Virus record (IMG/VR): IMGVR_UViG_3300014024_000065
Origin: a virus
Direction: 5' to 3' (one strand)
Length of the DNA stretch: 54,562 bases
Every line of letters begins with the position of its first letter. Within the stretch, counting starts at the first letter, position 1. The notes under the pieces are model-generated. The model was given only the letters and a program-made list of their open reading frames with translations. It was not told the DNA's origin and ran no database searches. Positions 44,960 to 54,562 of the stretch are shown here, one piece after another. The translations under genes were made by a program, and so were the position numbers.

Positions 44960-45679
44960 ATGATTGAAATGAAAAATTTAAGTGTCAGTTATCAAGGACA
45001 GCTGGCCTTAGAACCAACTTCTTTAACAATAAAAGGACCAACTATCACAGGAATTATCGGACCAAACGGGGCTGGAAAGTCAACTCTCATAAAGGGTATG
45101 TTAGGAATTGTTGAGAGTGAGGGGCAGACCTTTCTGGATACAAAACCCATGAAGCTAGAATTAAGCAAGATTGCTTATGTGGAGCAGAAAATTCACATTG
45201 ATTATAATTTTCCTATCAAGGTCAAGGAGTGTGTGTCTCTGGGTTTATATCCTAAGATCAAGCTTTTTCAACGCCTCAAAGCCTCTGACTGGGAAAAGGT
45301 TGCTCGGGCTTTGAAAATCGTTGGTTTAGAAGATTTTGCTGAGCGGCAGATTAGCCAGTTGTCTGGTGGGCAATTTCAACGGGTCTTGATTGCCCGTTGC
45401 TTGGTTCAGGAGGCGGACTATATTTTCCTAGATGAGCCTTTTGTTGGGATTGACTCGGTCAGCGAAGAGATTATTATGAAAACACTCCGTCAGCTAAGAA
45501 AAGACGGGAAGACGATTTTGATTGTCCACCATGACTTGAGCAAGGTGGTCGCTTATTTTGATCAGGTCTTGCTACTTAACAAAAAAGTCGTCGCTTTCGG
45601 ATCAACTGAGAGCACCTTCACCAAAGAAAATATGCAGAAGACCTACGGCTCTCAGCTCTTTATGAATGGAGGTGCCTAG
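44960..45679 (+). CDS. psaB/scaC/fimC: Mn/Zn ABC transporter ATP-binding protein
   Basis: Walker [10 protein letters not shown], signature LSGGQFQR and Walker B IFLDEP. Confidence 0.93.
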   Translation: MIEMKNLSVSYQGQLALEPTSLTIKGPTITGIIGPNGAGKSTLIKGMLGIVESEGQTFLDTKPMKLELSKIAYVEQKIHIDYNFPIKVKECVSLGLYPKIKLFQRLKASDWEKVARALKIVGLEDFAERQISQLSGGQFQRVLIARCLVQEADYIFLDEPFVGIDSVSEEIIMKTLRQLRKDGKTILIVHHDLSKVVAYFDQVLLLNKKVVAFGSTESTFTKENMQKTYGSQLFMNGGA

Positions 45680-45680
45680 G

Positions 45681-46517
45681 ATGATTCAGGAATTTATTCA
45701 AGGCTTACATGACTTTCATTTCCTGCAAAATGCTTTGATTACAGCCATTGTGATTGGAGTGGTGGCCGGTGCCGTTGGATGCTTTATCATTCTGCGGGGC
45801 ATGTCACTCATGGGGGATGCCATCTCTCACGCGGTGCTGCCCGGTGTGGCCCTGTCTTATATTTTGGGGATTAATTTCTTCATCGGTGCCATTACCTTTG
45901 GCTTACTAGCTTCCATTATTATCACTTACATCAAGGGCAATTCTATTATCAAAAGTGACACGGCTATCGGAATTACTTTTTCTTCCTTCCTGGCTCTGGG
46001 GATCATTTTGATTAGCGTTGCCAAGAGTTCGACCGATCTTTTCCATATTCTCTTTGGGAATATCTTGGCGGTGCAAGACCTTGATATGTGGATTAGTATC
46101 GGTGTGGGTATCTTGGTGCTGCTGGTTATTACTATGTTCTTCAAGCAGCTTTTGCTGACGTCCTTTGACCCGCTCTTAGCCCAAGCTATGGGAATGAAGG
46201 TGAATTTTTACCACTATTTACTGATGATTCTATTGACTCTGGTATCTGTCACAGCCATGCAAAGTGTCGGAACGATTCTGATCGTGGCCATGCTGATTAC
46301 ACCAGCTGCGACAGCCTATCTCTATGCCAAGAGTCTCAAGACCATGATTTTATTGTCATCTGCCTTGGGGGCTGGTGCATCTGTTTTAGGTCTCTTCATC
46401 GGTTATAGTTTTAATGTTGCAGCAGGTTCTAGTATCGTTCTAACCTCTGCCCTGATCTTTTTGGTTTCATTTTTTATCGCACCAAAACAGCGGTATTTAA
46501 AAAGAAAAGTAAAATAA
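45681..46517 (+). CDS. psaC/scaB/fimB: Mn/Zn ABC transporter permease
   Basis: Polytopic membrane protein. Start at ATG 45681 (MIQEFIQGLHDFHF), 8 nt after a GGAGGTG RBS. Confidence 0.92.
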   Translation: MIQEFIQGLHDFHFLQNALITAIVIGVVAGAVGCFIILRGMSLMGDAISHAVLPGVALSYILGINFFIGAITFGLLASIIITYIKGNSIIKSDTAIGITFSSFLALGIILISVAKSSTDLFHILFGNILAVQDLDMWISIGVGILVLLVITMFFKQLLLTSFDPLLAQAMGMKVNFYHYLLMILLTLVSVTAMQSVGTILIVAMLITPAATAYLYAKSLKTMILLSSALGAGASVLGLFIGYSFNVAAGSSIVLTSALIFLVSFFIAPKQRYLKRKVK

Positions 46518-46538
46518 TATATTTATGGAGGATTTCCA

Positions 46539-47471
46539 ATGAAAAAATGTCGTTTCTTAGTTCTGCTTTTGCTGGCTTTTGTCGGCCTAGCAGCCTGCTC
46601 TAGTCAAAAAAGCAGTACCGATACTGGTTCTTCAAAATTGAATGTTGTTGCGACCAACTCGATTATTGCGGATATTACAAAGAATATCGCTGGCGATAAG
46701 ATCAATTTGCACAGTATCGTACCTGTTGGGCAAGACCCGCACGAATACGAGCCCCTACCTGAAGATGTCAAAAAGACTTCCCAAGCGGATCTGATCTTCT
46801 ACAATGGGATCAACCTTGAAACAGGTGGTAATGCTTGGTTCACAAAATTAGTAGAAAATGCTAAGAAGAAAGAAAACAAGGACTATTATGCTGTCAGCGA
46901 AGGTGTGGACGTGATTTACTTGGAAGGCCAAAGTGAAAAAGGGAAAGAAGACCCTCATGCTTGGCTCAACTTGGAAAATGGGATTATCTATGCGAAAAAC
47001 ATTGCCAAGCGTTTGAGCGAAAAGGATCCAGCTAACAAAGAAACTTACGAGAAAAATCTTAAGGCTTATGTGGAAAAATTGAGCGCTTTGGACAAGGAAG
47101 CCAAAGAGAAATTCAACAACATTCCTGAAGAAAAGAAAATGATTGTAACCAGCGAAGGTTGCTTCAAGTACTTCTCTAAGGCCTACAATGTGCCATCAGC
47201 CTATATTTGGGAAATCAACACTGAAGAAGAAGGGACTCCAGACCAAATTAAAAGCTTGGTTGAAAAACTTCGTAAGACCAAAGTGCCATCACTCTTTGTG
47301 GAATCAAGTGTAGACGACCGTCCGATGAAGACCGTTTCTAAAGACACCAACATTCCGATCTACGCTAAAATCTTCACTGACTCAATCGCTGATAAAGGCG
47401 AAGAGGGTGATAGCTACTACAGCATGATGAAATACAACTTAGAAAAGATCGCAGAAGGTCTGTCTAAATAA
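46539..47471 (+). CDS. psaA/scaA/ssaB/fimA: Mn-binding lipoprotein adhesin (LraI family)
   Basis: Lipobox LAAC|S. Contains the conserved LraI sequence [42 protein letters not shown]. Confidence 0.95.
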   Translation: MKKCRFLVLLLLAFVGLAACSSQKSSTDTGSSKLNVVATNSIIADITKNIAGDKINLHSIVPVGQDPHEYEPLPEDVKKTSQADLIFYNGINLETGGNAWFTKLVENAKKKENKDYYAVSEGVDVIYLEGQSEKGKEDPHAWLNLENGIIYAKNIAKRLSEKDPANKETYEKNLKAYVEKLSALDKEAKEKFNNIPEEKKMIVTSEGCFKYFSKAYNVPSAYIWEINTEEEGTPDQIKSLVEKLRKTKVPSLFVESSVDDRPMKTVSKDTNIPIYAKIFTDSIADKGEEGDSYYSMMKYNLEKIAEGLSK

Positions 47472-47476
47472 TAATA

Positions 47477-47510
47477 AGAGGTTGGGAAGACAAAATCCTG
47501 ACCTCTTTAT
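47477..47510 (+). terminator. Hairpin/partial terminator between the lipoprotein gene and tpx
   Basis: AGAGGT ... ACCTCT stem followed by TTATTT. Confidence 0.45.
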
Positions 47511-47622
47511 TTCTGAAGGACAAGCTTCACATGGAGTAGCTCTCAAATTTTCGGTCAAATTATTCGAAAAAAATCACTATTCGCAGTACAATGGAGCTAT
47601 CAAACATGAATGGAGACTTCCT

Positions 47623-48114
47623 ATGACAACTTTTCTCGGAAATCCCGTAACCTTTACGGGCCAACAACTGCAAGTCGGCGACACAGCCCACGATTTTAGC
47701 CTGACAGCTACTGACCTTTCAAAGAAAACCTTGGCTGATTTTGCTGGCAAAAAGAAAGTTCTCAGCATCGTGCCGTCTATCGATACTGGCGTTTGTTCAA
47801 CTCAGACCCGTCGTTTCAATCAAGAACTCTCTGACTTGGACAATACCGTTGTTATCACGGTTTCAGTTGACTTACCTTTTGCTCAAGGCAAATGGTGTGC
47901 TGCTGAAGGCATCGAAAATGCCGTCATGCTATCTGACTACTTCGACCATTCTTTCGGTCGCGACTATGCTGTCCTCATCAATGAATGGCACCTGTTAGCC
48001 CGTGCAGTCCTTGTCTTGGACGAAAACAACACTGTGACCTATGCTGAATATGTAGATAACATCAACACCGAGCCAGATTATGATGCAGCCATTGCGGCAG
48101 TCAAAAGTCTGTAA
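47623..48114 (+). CDS. tpx: Thiol peroxidase
   Basis: [13 protein letters not shown] start, with the peroxidatic Cys in [14 protein letters not shown] and the resolving Cys in [11 protein letters not shown]. The track ORF is extended upstream artificially. Confidence 0.93.
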   Translation: MTTFLGNPVTFTGQQLQVGDTAHDFSLTATDLSKKTLADFAGKKKVLSIVPSIDTGVCSTQTRRFNQELSDLDNTVVITVSVDLPFAQGKWCAAEGIENAVMLSDYFDHSFGRDYAVLINEWHLLARAVLVLDENNTVTYAEYVDNINTEPDYDAAIAAVKSL

Positions 48115-48134
48115 AGAACGATACTTTTCAAAAA

Positions 48135-48171
48135 ATACACTCAATTCTTCATAAGAGTTGAGTGTATTTTT
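48135..48171 (+). terminator. Terminator after tpx
   Basis: ATACACTCAA ... TTGAGTGTAT followed by TTTTT. Confidence 0.85.
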
Positions 48172-48201
48172 GTCGTCTTGACTAAAAATTTTGGAAAATA
48201 C

Positions 48202-48233
48202 AAAAAGACAAACATCAGTTTTGACGTTTGTCT
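48202..48233 (-). terminator. Terminator after telA (minus sense)
   Basis: AGACAAAC ... GTTTGTCT with a T-run on the minus strand. Confidence 0.75.
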
Positions 48234-48265
48234 ACGAGTTGAAAGAGTCTGGATGGCTCTTTTGC

Positions 48266-49522
48266 TTATTCTGAAGTTAATTCTTTCTGGGCTTCCTTGC
48301 CTTGATCCAGCAGGGCTTGGATAATCTTTTGATCACGCAGTTTGACAGAGTTGTTGATAGTTTCTGCGGATTGGATGACCGCCGCTTCTAGCAGAGCGCG
48401 TTTTTCCCGTCCTTTATCAATGGCTTCGATAATGCCTTGGTTTTGAGCAACGAGGCTTTCTGCTAGCTTAGTTACAGACTCAACAGCGATAGTAGGGCTT
48501 TGGGAAATCCGTTCCAGCTGAGGAATGACTTCCTTGCTGGTTTCAGCGAGCATTTGCAGGGCAGCGTTATTCGCATTAGAGATAGCGTCAGCTACCTGAC
48601 CGGACTTCATCGATTGCTGGAGAATACCTAACTGGGCAATAGATAGTTTCATAGTTGGAATGGTATTGCGACGGAGCATTCCAAGTTTTTGGCGCATATC
48701 AGAGGAAACCTTGACCAGATTACGCATTTGAGGCGTTGTCGCCCAAGCCACATAAAGACGGCTGACATATTCAGTGTGTTGCTGCTCTAAGGTATTGACC
48801 ACCTCTGTCATTCGGGCTAATTCCTGCGATTTGACTTGATAGTCAACGGTTGTCATATCTAGCTGAGCAACTTCAGCCTGCAGCTTGAGCGCCCGATTAC
48901 CAGCTTCTTGCTGAGCAGCTTCGATAAAGGAAATAACTCCGACTAGGTTTTCAATCGATTTGGTATTGTCCTCAATCAGCATTTCAGCAGAAACGATGTT
49001 GCGAGCCAGAACATCTTCTTGTTTGACGACCGTTGCAGCCATACCGTCCATTTTCTGCTCAATATTTTGTGAGTCGAAATAGAATTCTTGAAGAGTGTTT
49101 TTGCTCTGTTTGAAGAGTTTTTCCAGGAAATTAGGCTTCTTGTCTAGTTCCGCTACTTGAGCATCCTTGTATTTTGCGACAAAGCCATTGAGTTCTTTGT
49201 TGGTGTTTTTTAAGAGCTCATCTACCTGAGGAATCTGCAATTTTTTCTGCTCGGCTAAGATACGATTGACAGTGCTATTGACTTCTTCGACAGCAGATTG
49301 ACCAAAGTCCAGCAAGGCATTCTGGTCTGATACGAAATTATCCACTAGCTGAGGGGCTTTAGCCGTAATCGCACTCTGTTGTTCAGGAGTCAGCTTTTCC
49401 AGAAAAGTTAGCTGGCCATTTCCTTGAGTCGTGTTGGCCTCGATGATTTCCGTTGTTTTATCGCTTTTGCTGATGGCATTGTTGGCAATTTTATCAATGT
49501 CAAAATTAAATTCTTGGCTCAT
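48266..49522 (-). CDS. telA: TelA/YaaN-family toxic-anion-resistance protein
   Basis: 418 aa, all-helical. Its pairing with the upstream xpaC-like gene matches the arrangement in Bacillus. Confidence 0.8.
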   Translation of the reverse strand: MSQEFNFDIDKIANNAISKSDKTTEIIEANTTQGNGQLTFLEKLTPEQQSAITAKAPQLVDNFVSDQNALLDFGQSAVEEVNSTVNRILAEQKKLQIPQVDELLKNTNKELNGFVAKYKDAQVAELDKKPNFLEKLFKQSKNTLQEFYFDSQNIEQKMDGMAATVVKQEDVLARNIVSAEMLIEDNTKSIENLVGVISFIEAAQQEAGNRALKLQAEVAQLDMTTVDYQVKSQELARMTEVVNTLEQQHTEYVSRLYVAWATTPQMRNLVKVSSDMRQKLGMLRRNTIPTMKLSIAQLGILQQSMKSGQVADAISNANNAALQMLAETSKEVIPQLERISQSPTIAVESVTKLAESLVAQNQGIIEAIDKGREKRALLEAAVIQSAETINNSVKLRDQKIIQALLDQGKEAQKELTSE

Positions 49523-49546
49523 AGTTTCTCCTTTGGTTTATCTAGC

Positions 49547-50392
49547 TTAAAAGCCGGTGTCTGTTTGCTTTTCTTTGTCTAGGATACGCAGGCTGATGTC
49601 AAAATCCCTCAAATCAGCTTCATTTAATTGGCGCAGCGCCTCGTCTAGGTCTAAGTCAAACTGCTCGATAGCTGCTTTGGCTTTGGCTAGCCGCTCCTCT
49701 GCATTGTAAAAATCTTTGGGAGACGCTTTGATTTTGAGGTAGCCTTCTAAAATATCTTCGTAGTGCTCCATCTGGGACTGATGAATGGCAGTCAGTTCTT
49801 CCTTGTTGTTGCTTTCGGATTGAGAGATTTTTTGAAGAATGGCCTCGTGGTCAATCTGAATATTGCGAACCGTAGCGACCAATTCTGGGGCTAGCTCTTC
49901 TAGACTCGTTTTCTTTGGCTGCGCTTCCTTTTGCATTTTCTCTCGTTCAATCTTTTGCAGTTGTTTATCAATTTCCTCGGTTACAGTAGTAATTTTAGTC
50001 TGAATGCGCTGGTAGACAGAGGCAGGAATTTCATCTCGCAATTCCTTAGCAACGTTTTTGATATAGGTGAGTTGGGGAAGAACTTGCAGAGCTAAATCAT
50101 GGTAATCTTCCTTCTTGCCGTATTCTTGGTAGCTTTCTAATTCTTTAATACGGCGGTCAGCCTGCCCAATCTCTGCCTTTAAATCTTCAATACGGCCAAT
50201 GCTGGCTTGTTTAGCTTCAATACGAACTCTTTTCTGTCTTTGGTAGCGATAGATTCCGTAGCCAACACCTCCTAAAATAGCAATGGGGATCAGATAGCTG
50301 GCTATCACTCCAGAACCAAAAATAATTGCAAGTATCCAAATCCAGCTAAACCATTCCGGCTGCTGGTTAGAATAATTCTTTCTTCTCGACAT
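49547..50392 (-). CDS. xpaC: XpaC-like (5-bromo-4-chloroindolyl phosphate hydrolysis) membrane protein
   Basis: 281 aa with two N-terminal TM segments followed by a long helical domain. Lies immediately upstream of telA. Confidence 0.7.
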   Translation of the reverse strand: MSRRKNYSNQQPEWFSWIWILAIIFGSGVIASYLIPIAILGGVGYGIYRYQRQKRVRIEAKQASIGRIEDLKAEIGQADRRIKELESYQEYGKKEDYHDLALQVLPQLTYIKNVAKELRDEIPASVYQRIQTKITTVTEEIDKQLQKIEREKMQKEAQPKKTSLEELAPELVATVRNIQIDHEAILQKISQSESNNKEELTAIHQSQMEHYEDILEGYLKIKASPKDFYNAEERLAKAKAAIEQFDLDLDEALRQLNEADLRDFDISLRILDKEKQTDTGF

Positions 50393-50590
50393 GAACCTTT
50401 CTCTTTCTTCTCAATGTGATATTTCTATTTTAACATAAAAGCTGAATTTTGAAGGATAAAGAGTGCAATGATTTTATATATTTAGACGTGTTTTTAGATT
50501 TGCTGAGAATGCTTGCCTCATCAAGAAAGAGCTTTGCTTTCTTTTCTGAAAGCAAGCCCGTTAAAGATTGTGAATCCCGACCTGCAAGCA

Positions 50591-50617
50591 AAAATCGCAG
50601 GGTATTCCTTGCGATTC
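50591..50617 (-). terminator. Terminator after gshAB (minus sense)
   Basis: AATCGCAGG ... CCT(T)GCGATT with a T-run on the minus strand. Confidence 0.65.
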
Positions 50618-50624
50618 TTATTGC

Positions 50625-52880
50625 TTAGTCCATTTCTGGGAAAAGTTTGGCCAGTATTTTAGGAGTGATACTTTGCCCCGGCCCCTCAGCGCAATAGGTG
50701 TGCATATACATAGAGGGATTGAAATTAAGCTCGATGCAGGTGCAGGTGGGATTTTCCTTGGTGGAAATAGCAGAGCTGTCAGGGATGATTAGGTCAACGC
50801 CACAAGCCCAAGCTCCCATAGCCTTTGCCATGTCTGCAGCGAGTTTTTTATAAGATGGGTGCATGCTGTCTGTGACGTCAATCGAGTCTCCGCCAGTAGA
50901 AATATTGGAATTGCGCCGCAAGTCGACCTTGACACCAGCAGGCAAGATGTCATCTGGTCTATAGCCTTGCTGGTCCAGCATGAGCAACTCAATGTCTCCC
51001 AGTTCAATGATTTCGAGCGGTGAACGATGGTCGCGCCCGCGCAGGGGATTGTCATTTTTGATGGCAACTAATTCTCTCACGGTATGTTGACCGTCTCCGA
51101 CGACATTAGCTGCCACGCGCAAGAGGACTGCCTCACATTGACCGTCTAAGACAAAGAAGCGGTATTCCGTTCCAGCGATAAATTCCTCCACCAAGACGGC
51201 GGCGTCTTCTGAAAAAGCAATCTCCAGAGCCTTGCGATAAGATTCCAGACTAGCCGGTTCTTGGAAGATAGAGATGCCCAGTCCGAAGTTGGTTGACTTA
51301 GGTTTGACAACAATTTGTCGGTCTTTAATCAAAGGATAGTAGGCCAGTCCCTCTTCGAGAGAAGAAAACTCTGCCCCAGTCGGAACGGGAAAATCAGCTG
51401 CTGCCAAAATCTTTTTGGTGACCGTTTTATTGGCCATGGCCAGCGGGATGACATAGTTATCCTTAGAGGTCATATTGCCATTCTTGACATACTCCACATG
51501 CTGACCATGCCAGAGCTTGAGAAATTGGTCATTTTCATCTAAGATCTCGAGATGGAGGCCTTTCTGGAGAGCGTCAAATATCAGCATTTGAGTGGAAAGT
51601 TCCATACTTTCATACCCCTTGAGGGCGTAGGGTGCAGTCCAGGCGTAAGCTCGATATTCCCGTGCTTTTGCAAGTCCAAATGTTGATAGGGAATTCTTCT
51701 CAATATGAGGCAATAATTGGCCTGCCAGAGTCAGCTTGGGCTCGGCCAGCGTAGCTCTGACTTGTGCTAGCAATTGACGGTAGGCGTCAGGGAGATTGAA
51801 ATGTTGAATAACATGTTCCATAGCTTGGAGAATAGCAGAGCTGTCGGCCTCTGCGGGTAGAGGAGTCAAGGGGTGAGCCAGCGCAACAGCATCGTTGAGA
51901 GCATAGGTGGCTTGTAGCTGTGCATCGCTATCTGTCAGGTCATCCAGCCACAACAGGCCCAAGAGAAAGAGATGGACTGTGTCCAAGGTTTCCTGACTGA
52001 TGCCCAAGACATCAAATGGATTGAGGTCGAAACAGCGCAGTTCCAAGTAAGTAATGCCTTGTTCTAGGTAATTTCGATTTCGTTTTTGACCGCGAAAGCG
52101 CACAGGTGAGTAAAATTCCTTTTCTGCACTTAAGTCGCCAGACTTGACATAAGCCTCGATATCTGAGACATAGCTTTCCAGCGAGCGAAATGACACATGA
52201 ACATGCTCCTCATTGACATAGCCATAATGGCTATTGCGGAGTGAACGGACAGGAGCCTCAACCGCCTCATCGTAAAAGCCAGCTTCTGCCAGCGGAGCCG
52301 CACCATAAAGATAGGTCAAGAACCAGCGGAAACGGAGGAAATTGCGAGCTAATTTGAGATAGAGGGCATTTTTGAAATCCTTGAAGGAAGAAAAGTCGCT
52401 AGCCTCAAAGAGAGCCGTCATCAAATCTTTTCCTAACTCGATATTGTAATGAATGCCGGAAATGGTCTGGAGCCGTTTGCCGTATTTTTCTGCTAAACCT
52501 TGACGATAATGGAGTTCGTAGGCATTTTCGAGGTGGGCAATCTCAATCTCGTCTTCTCGGAGTTGGGGAGGCATTGACAAGGGCCACATGAGTTCATCTT
52601 GGGGAATGGAGCGTCCAGCTACATCGGTGATGGCACCCAGCAGGCGACGAGCCTCCTGAGTTGAAGAGGAAATGGGCGTAATCAATTCGAGCTGTTGCTC
52701 GCTAAAATCCGTCTGGATATAGGGATGAAAACTCCGAGAGCCCAAAGAGCTGGGATGGGGAGTTGATGCCAGTGTCCCTGCCTCTGTCACGCGTAGGGAT
52801 TCTCTTTCCAGTCCAAAAGTCGCCTGTAAGATCGGGCTGGCAGGGTCTAGCTTTTCGAGTAAACGATCAATAGTCATCAT
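50625..52880 (-). CDS. gshAB: Bifunctional glutamate-cysteine ligase / glutathione synthetase
   Basis: 751 aa. An N-terminal GCL domain is fused to a C-terminal ATP-grasp domain, as in streptococcal GshF. Confidence 0.92.
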   Translation of the reverse strand: MMTIDRLLEKLDPASPILQATFGLERESLRVTEAGTLASTPHPSSLGSRSFHPYIQTDFSEQQLELITPISSSTQEARRLLGAITDVAGRSIPQDELMWPLSMPPQLREDEIEIAHLENAYELHYRQGLAEKYGKRLQTISGIHYNIELGKDLMTALFEASDFSSFKDFKNALYLKLARNFLRFRWFLTYLYGAAPLAEAGFYDEAVEAPVRSLRNSHYGYVNEEHVHVSFRSLESYVSDIEAYVKSGDLSAEKEFYSPVRFRGQKRNRNYLEQGITYLELRCFDLNPFDVLGISQETLDTVHLFLLGLLWLDDLTDSDAQLQATYALNDAVALAHPLTPLPAEADSSAILQAMEHVIQHFNLPDAYRQLLAQVRATLAEPKLTLAGQLLPHIEKNSLSTFGLAKAREYRAYAWTAPYALKGYESMELSTQMLIFDALQKGLHLEILDENDQFLKLWHGQHVEYVKNGNMTSKDNYVIPLAMANKTVTKKILAAADFPVPTGAEFSSLEEGLAYYPLIKDRQIVVKPKSTNFGLGISIFQEPASLESYRKALEIAFSEDAAVLVEEFIAGTEYRFFVLDGQCEAVLLRVAANVVGDGQHTVRELVAIKNDNPLRGRDHRSPLEIIELGDIELLMLDQQGYRPDDILPAGVKVDLRRNSNISTGGDSIDVTDSMHPSYKKLAADMAKAMGAWACGVDLIIPDSSAISTKENPTCTCIELNFNPSMYMHTYCAEGPGQSITPKILAKLFPEMD

Positions 52881-53070
52881 GTTTTTCCGTCCTTAGTATA
52901 GTACTTTCAGTCTATTATAAAAAAGGCCAGAAAACAACTATTCACTACGTTTTTGATGAATTCCCGAACTTTTATTTCCATTTGTTGGATATATTTCGTG
53001 AAAATGGAAAAATCCAAAAAGAATTATTCGCTTTCAAAAGTGAAAATCCAAATTTAAAAGATACCTGATC

Positions 53071-53099
53071 TTGAAAAAAATTCAAAATTTTCTTATAAT
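53071..53099 (+). promoter_or_regulatory. purA promoter (TTGAAA-17-TATAAT)
   Basis: -35 at 53071..53076 and -10 at 53094..53099. Confidence 0.6.
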
Positions 53100-53146
53100 A
53101 AAGTGTAAGATACGTTTGCAGGTGAAACTCCTGCCTTGTAGATTAA

Positions 53147-54472
<1,326 letters not shown>

Positions 54473-54485
54473 GCAAATGAAGACA

Positions 54486-54562
54486 GAGATTGGGACAGAA
54501 ATCGGTAATTCGTTAGAATTCGATTTCGTCGTCCCACCTCCGCACAGTTGAGTAGGGCTGTA
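54486..54562 (+). repeat. 77-bp intergenic repeat element, copy 3, ends exactly at window edge
   Basis: Matches 857..933 with 2 mismatches (54490 and 54550). Confidence 0.9.

Noticed and set aside
48266-50392. telA-xpaC pair as a novel defence locus
   Set aside because: This is a conserved housekeeping or stress gene pair in Firmicutes, present here in normal chromosomal context with no accessory hallmarks.
52960-52972. PurR PurBox (ATTCCCGAACTTT) upstream of purA
   Set aside because: The CCGAAC core is present, but the flank deviates from the AWWWCCGAACWWT consensus. The site also lies about 130 bp upstream of the -10, further than functional lactococcal PurBoxes. The evidence is too weak to call.

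Overview
The window looks like viridans-group Streptococcus chromosome carrying one complete temperate siphovirus-type prophage. The host genes are nusG, tRNA-Cys, rpsB-tsf, a VIT-family transporter, leuS, pepO, the Mn ABC transporter psaBCA/scaCBA-type operon with tpx, telA-xpaC, gshAB and purA. The prophage is about 35.3 kb (about 1042..36310) and sits in the 3' end of tRNA-Cys, bounded by an 18-bp direct repeat. It runs integrase, CI/Cro switch, early/recombination genes (RecT, Cas4-like nuclease, split RusA), ArpU-type late regulator, terS/terL, portal, MuF, capsid, tail, tape measure, Dit, a 1577-aa collagen-containing fibre, holin and a CHAP-SH3 lysin. The most unusual feature is a roughly 450-nt non-coding unit between the late regulator and terS. 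It has helically phased direct repeats, an extended -10 promoter, two tandem tRNA-like modules with canonical acceptor and T arms but aberrant anticodon arms, further palindromes, and an intrinsic terminator abutting the terS RBS. Other items worth a second look:
- independently promoted reverse-strand membrane-protein genes in the early region
- an iteron-rich putative origin next to a frameshifted HTH gene
- a MuF head protein with a nuclease-like C-terminal extension
- a 77-bp intergenic repeat that forms both window ends and brackets nusG as a perfect inverted repeat
- a K+ channel pseudogene with three lesions
All calls come from reading the sequence and the ORF translations. No database search was run.
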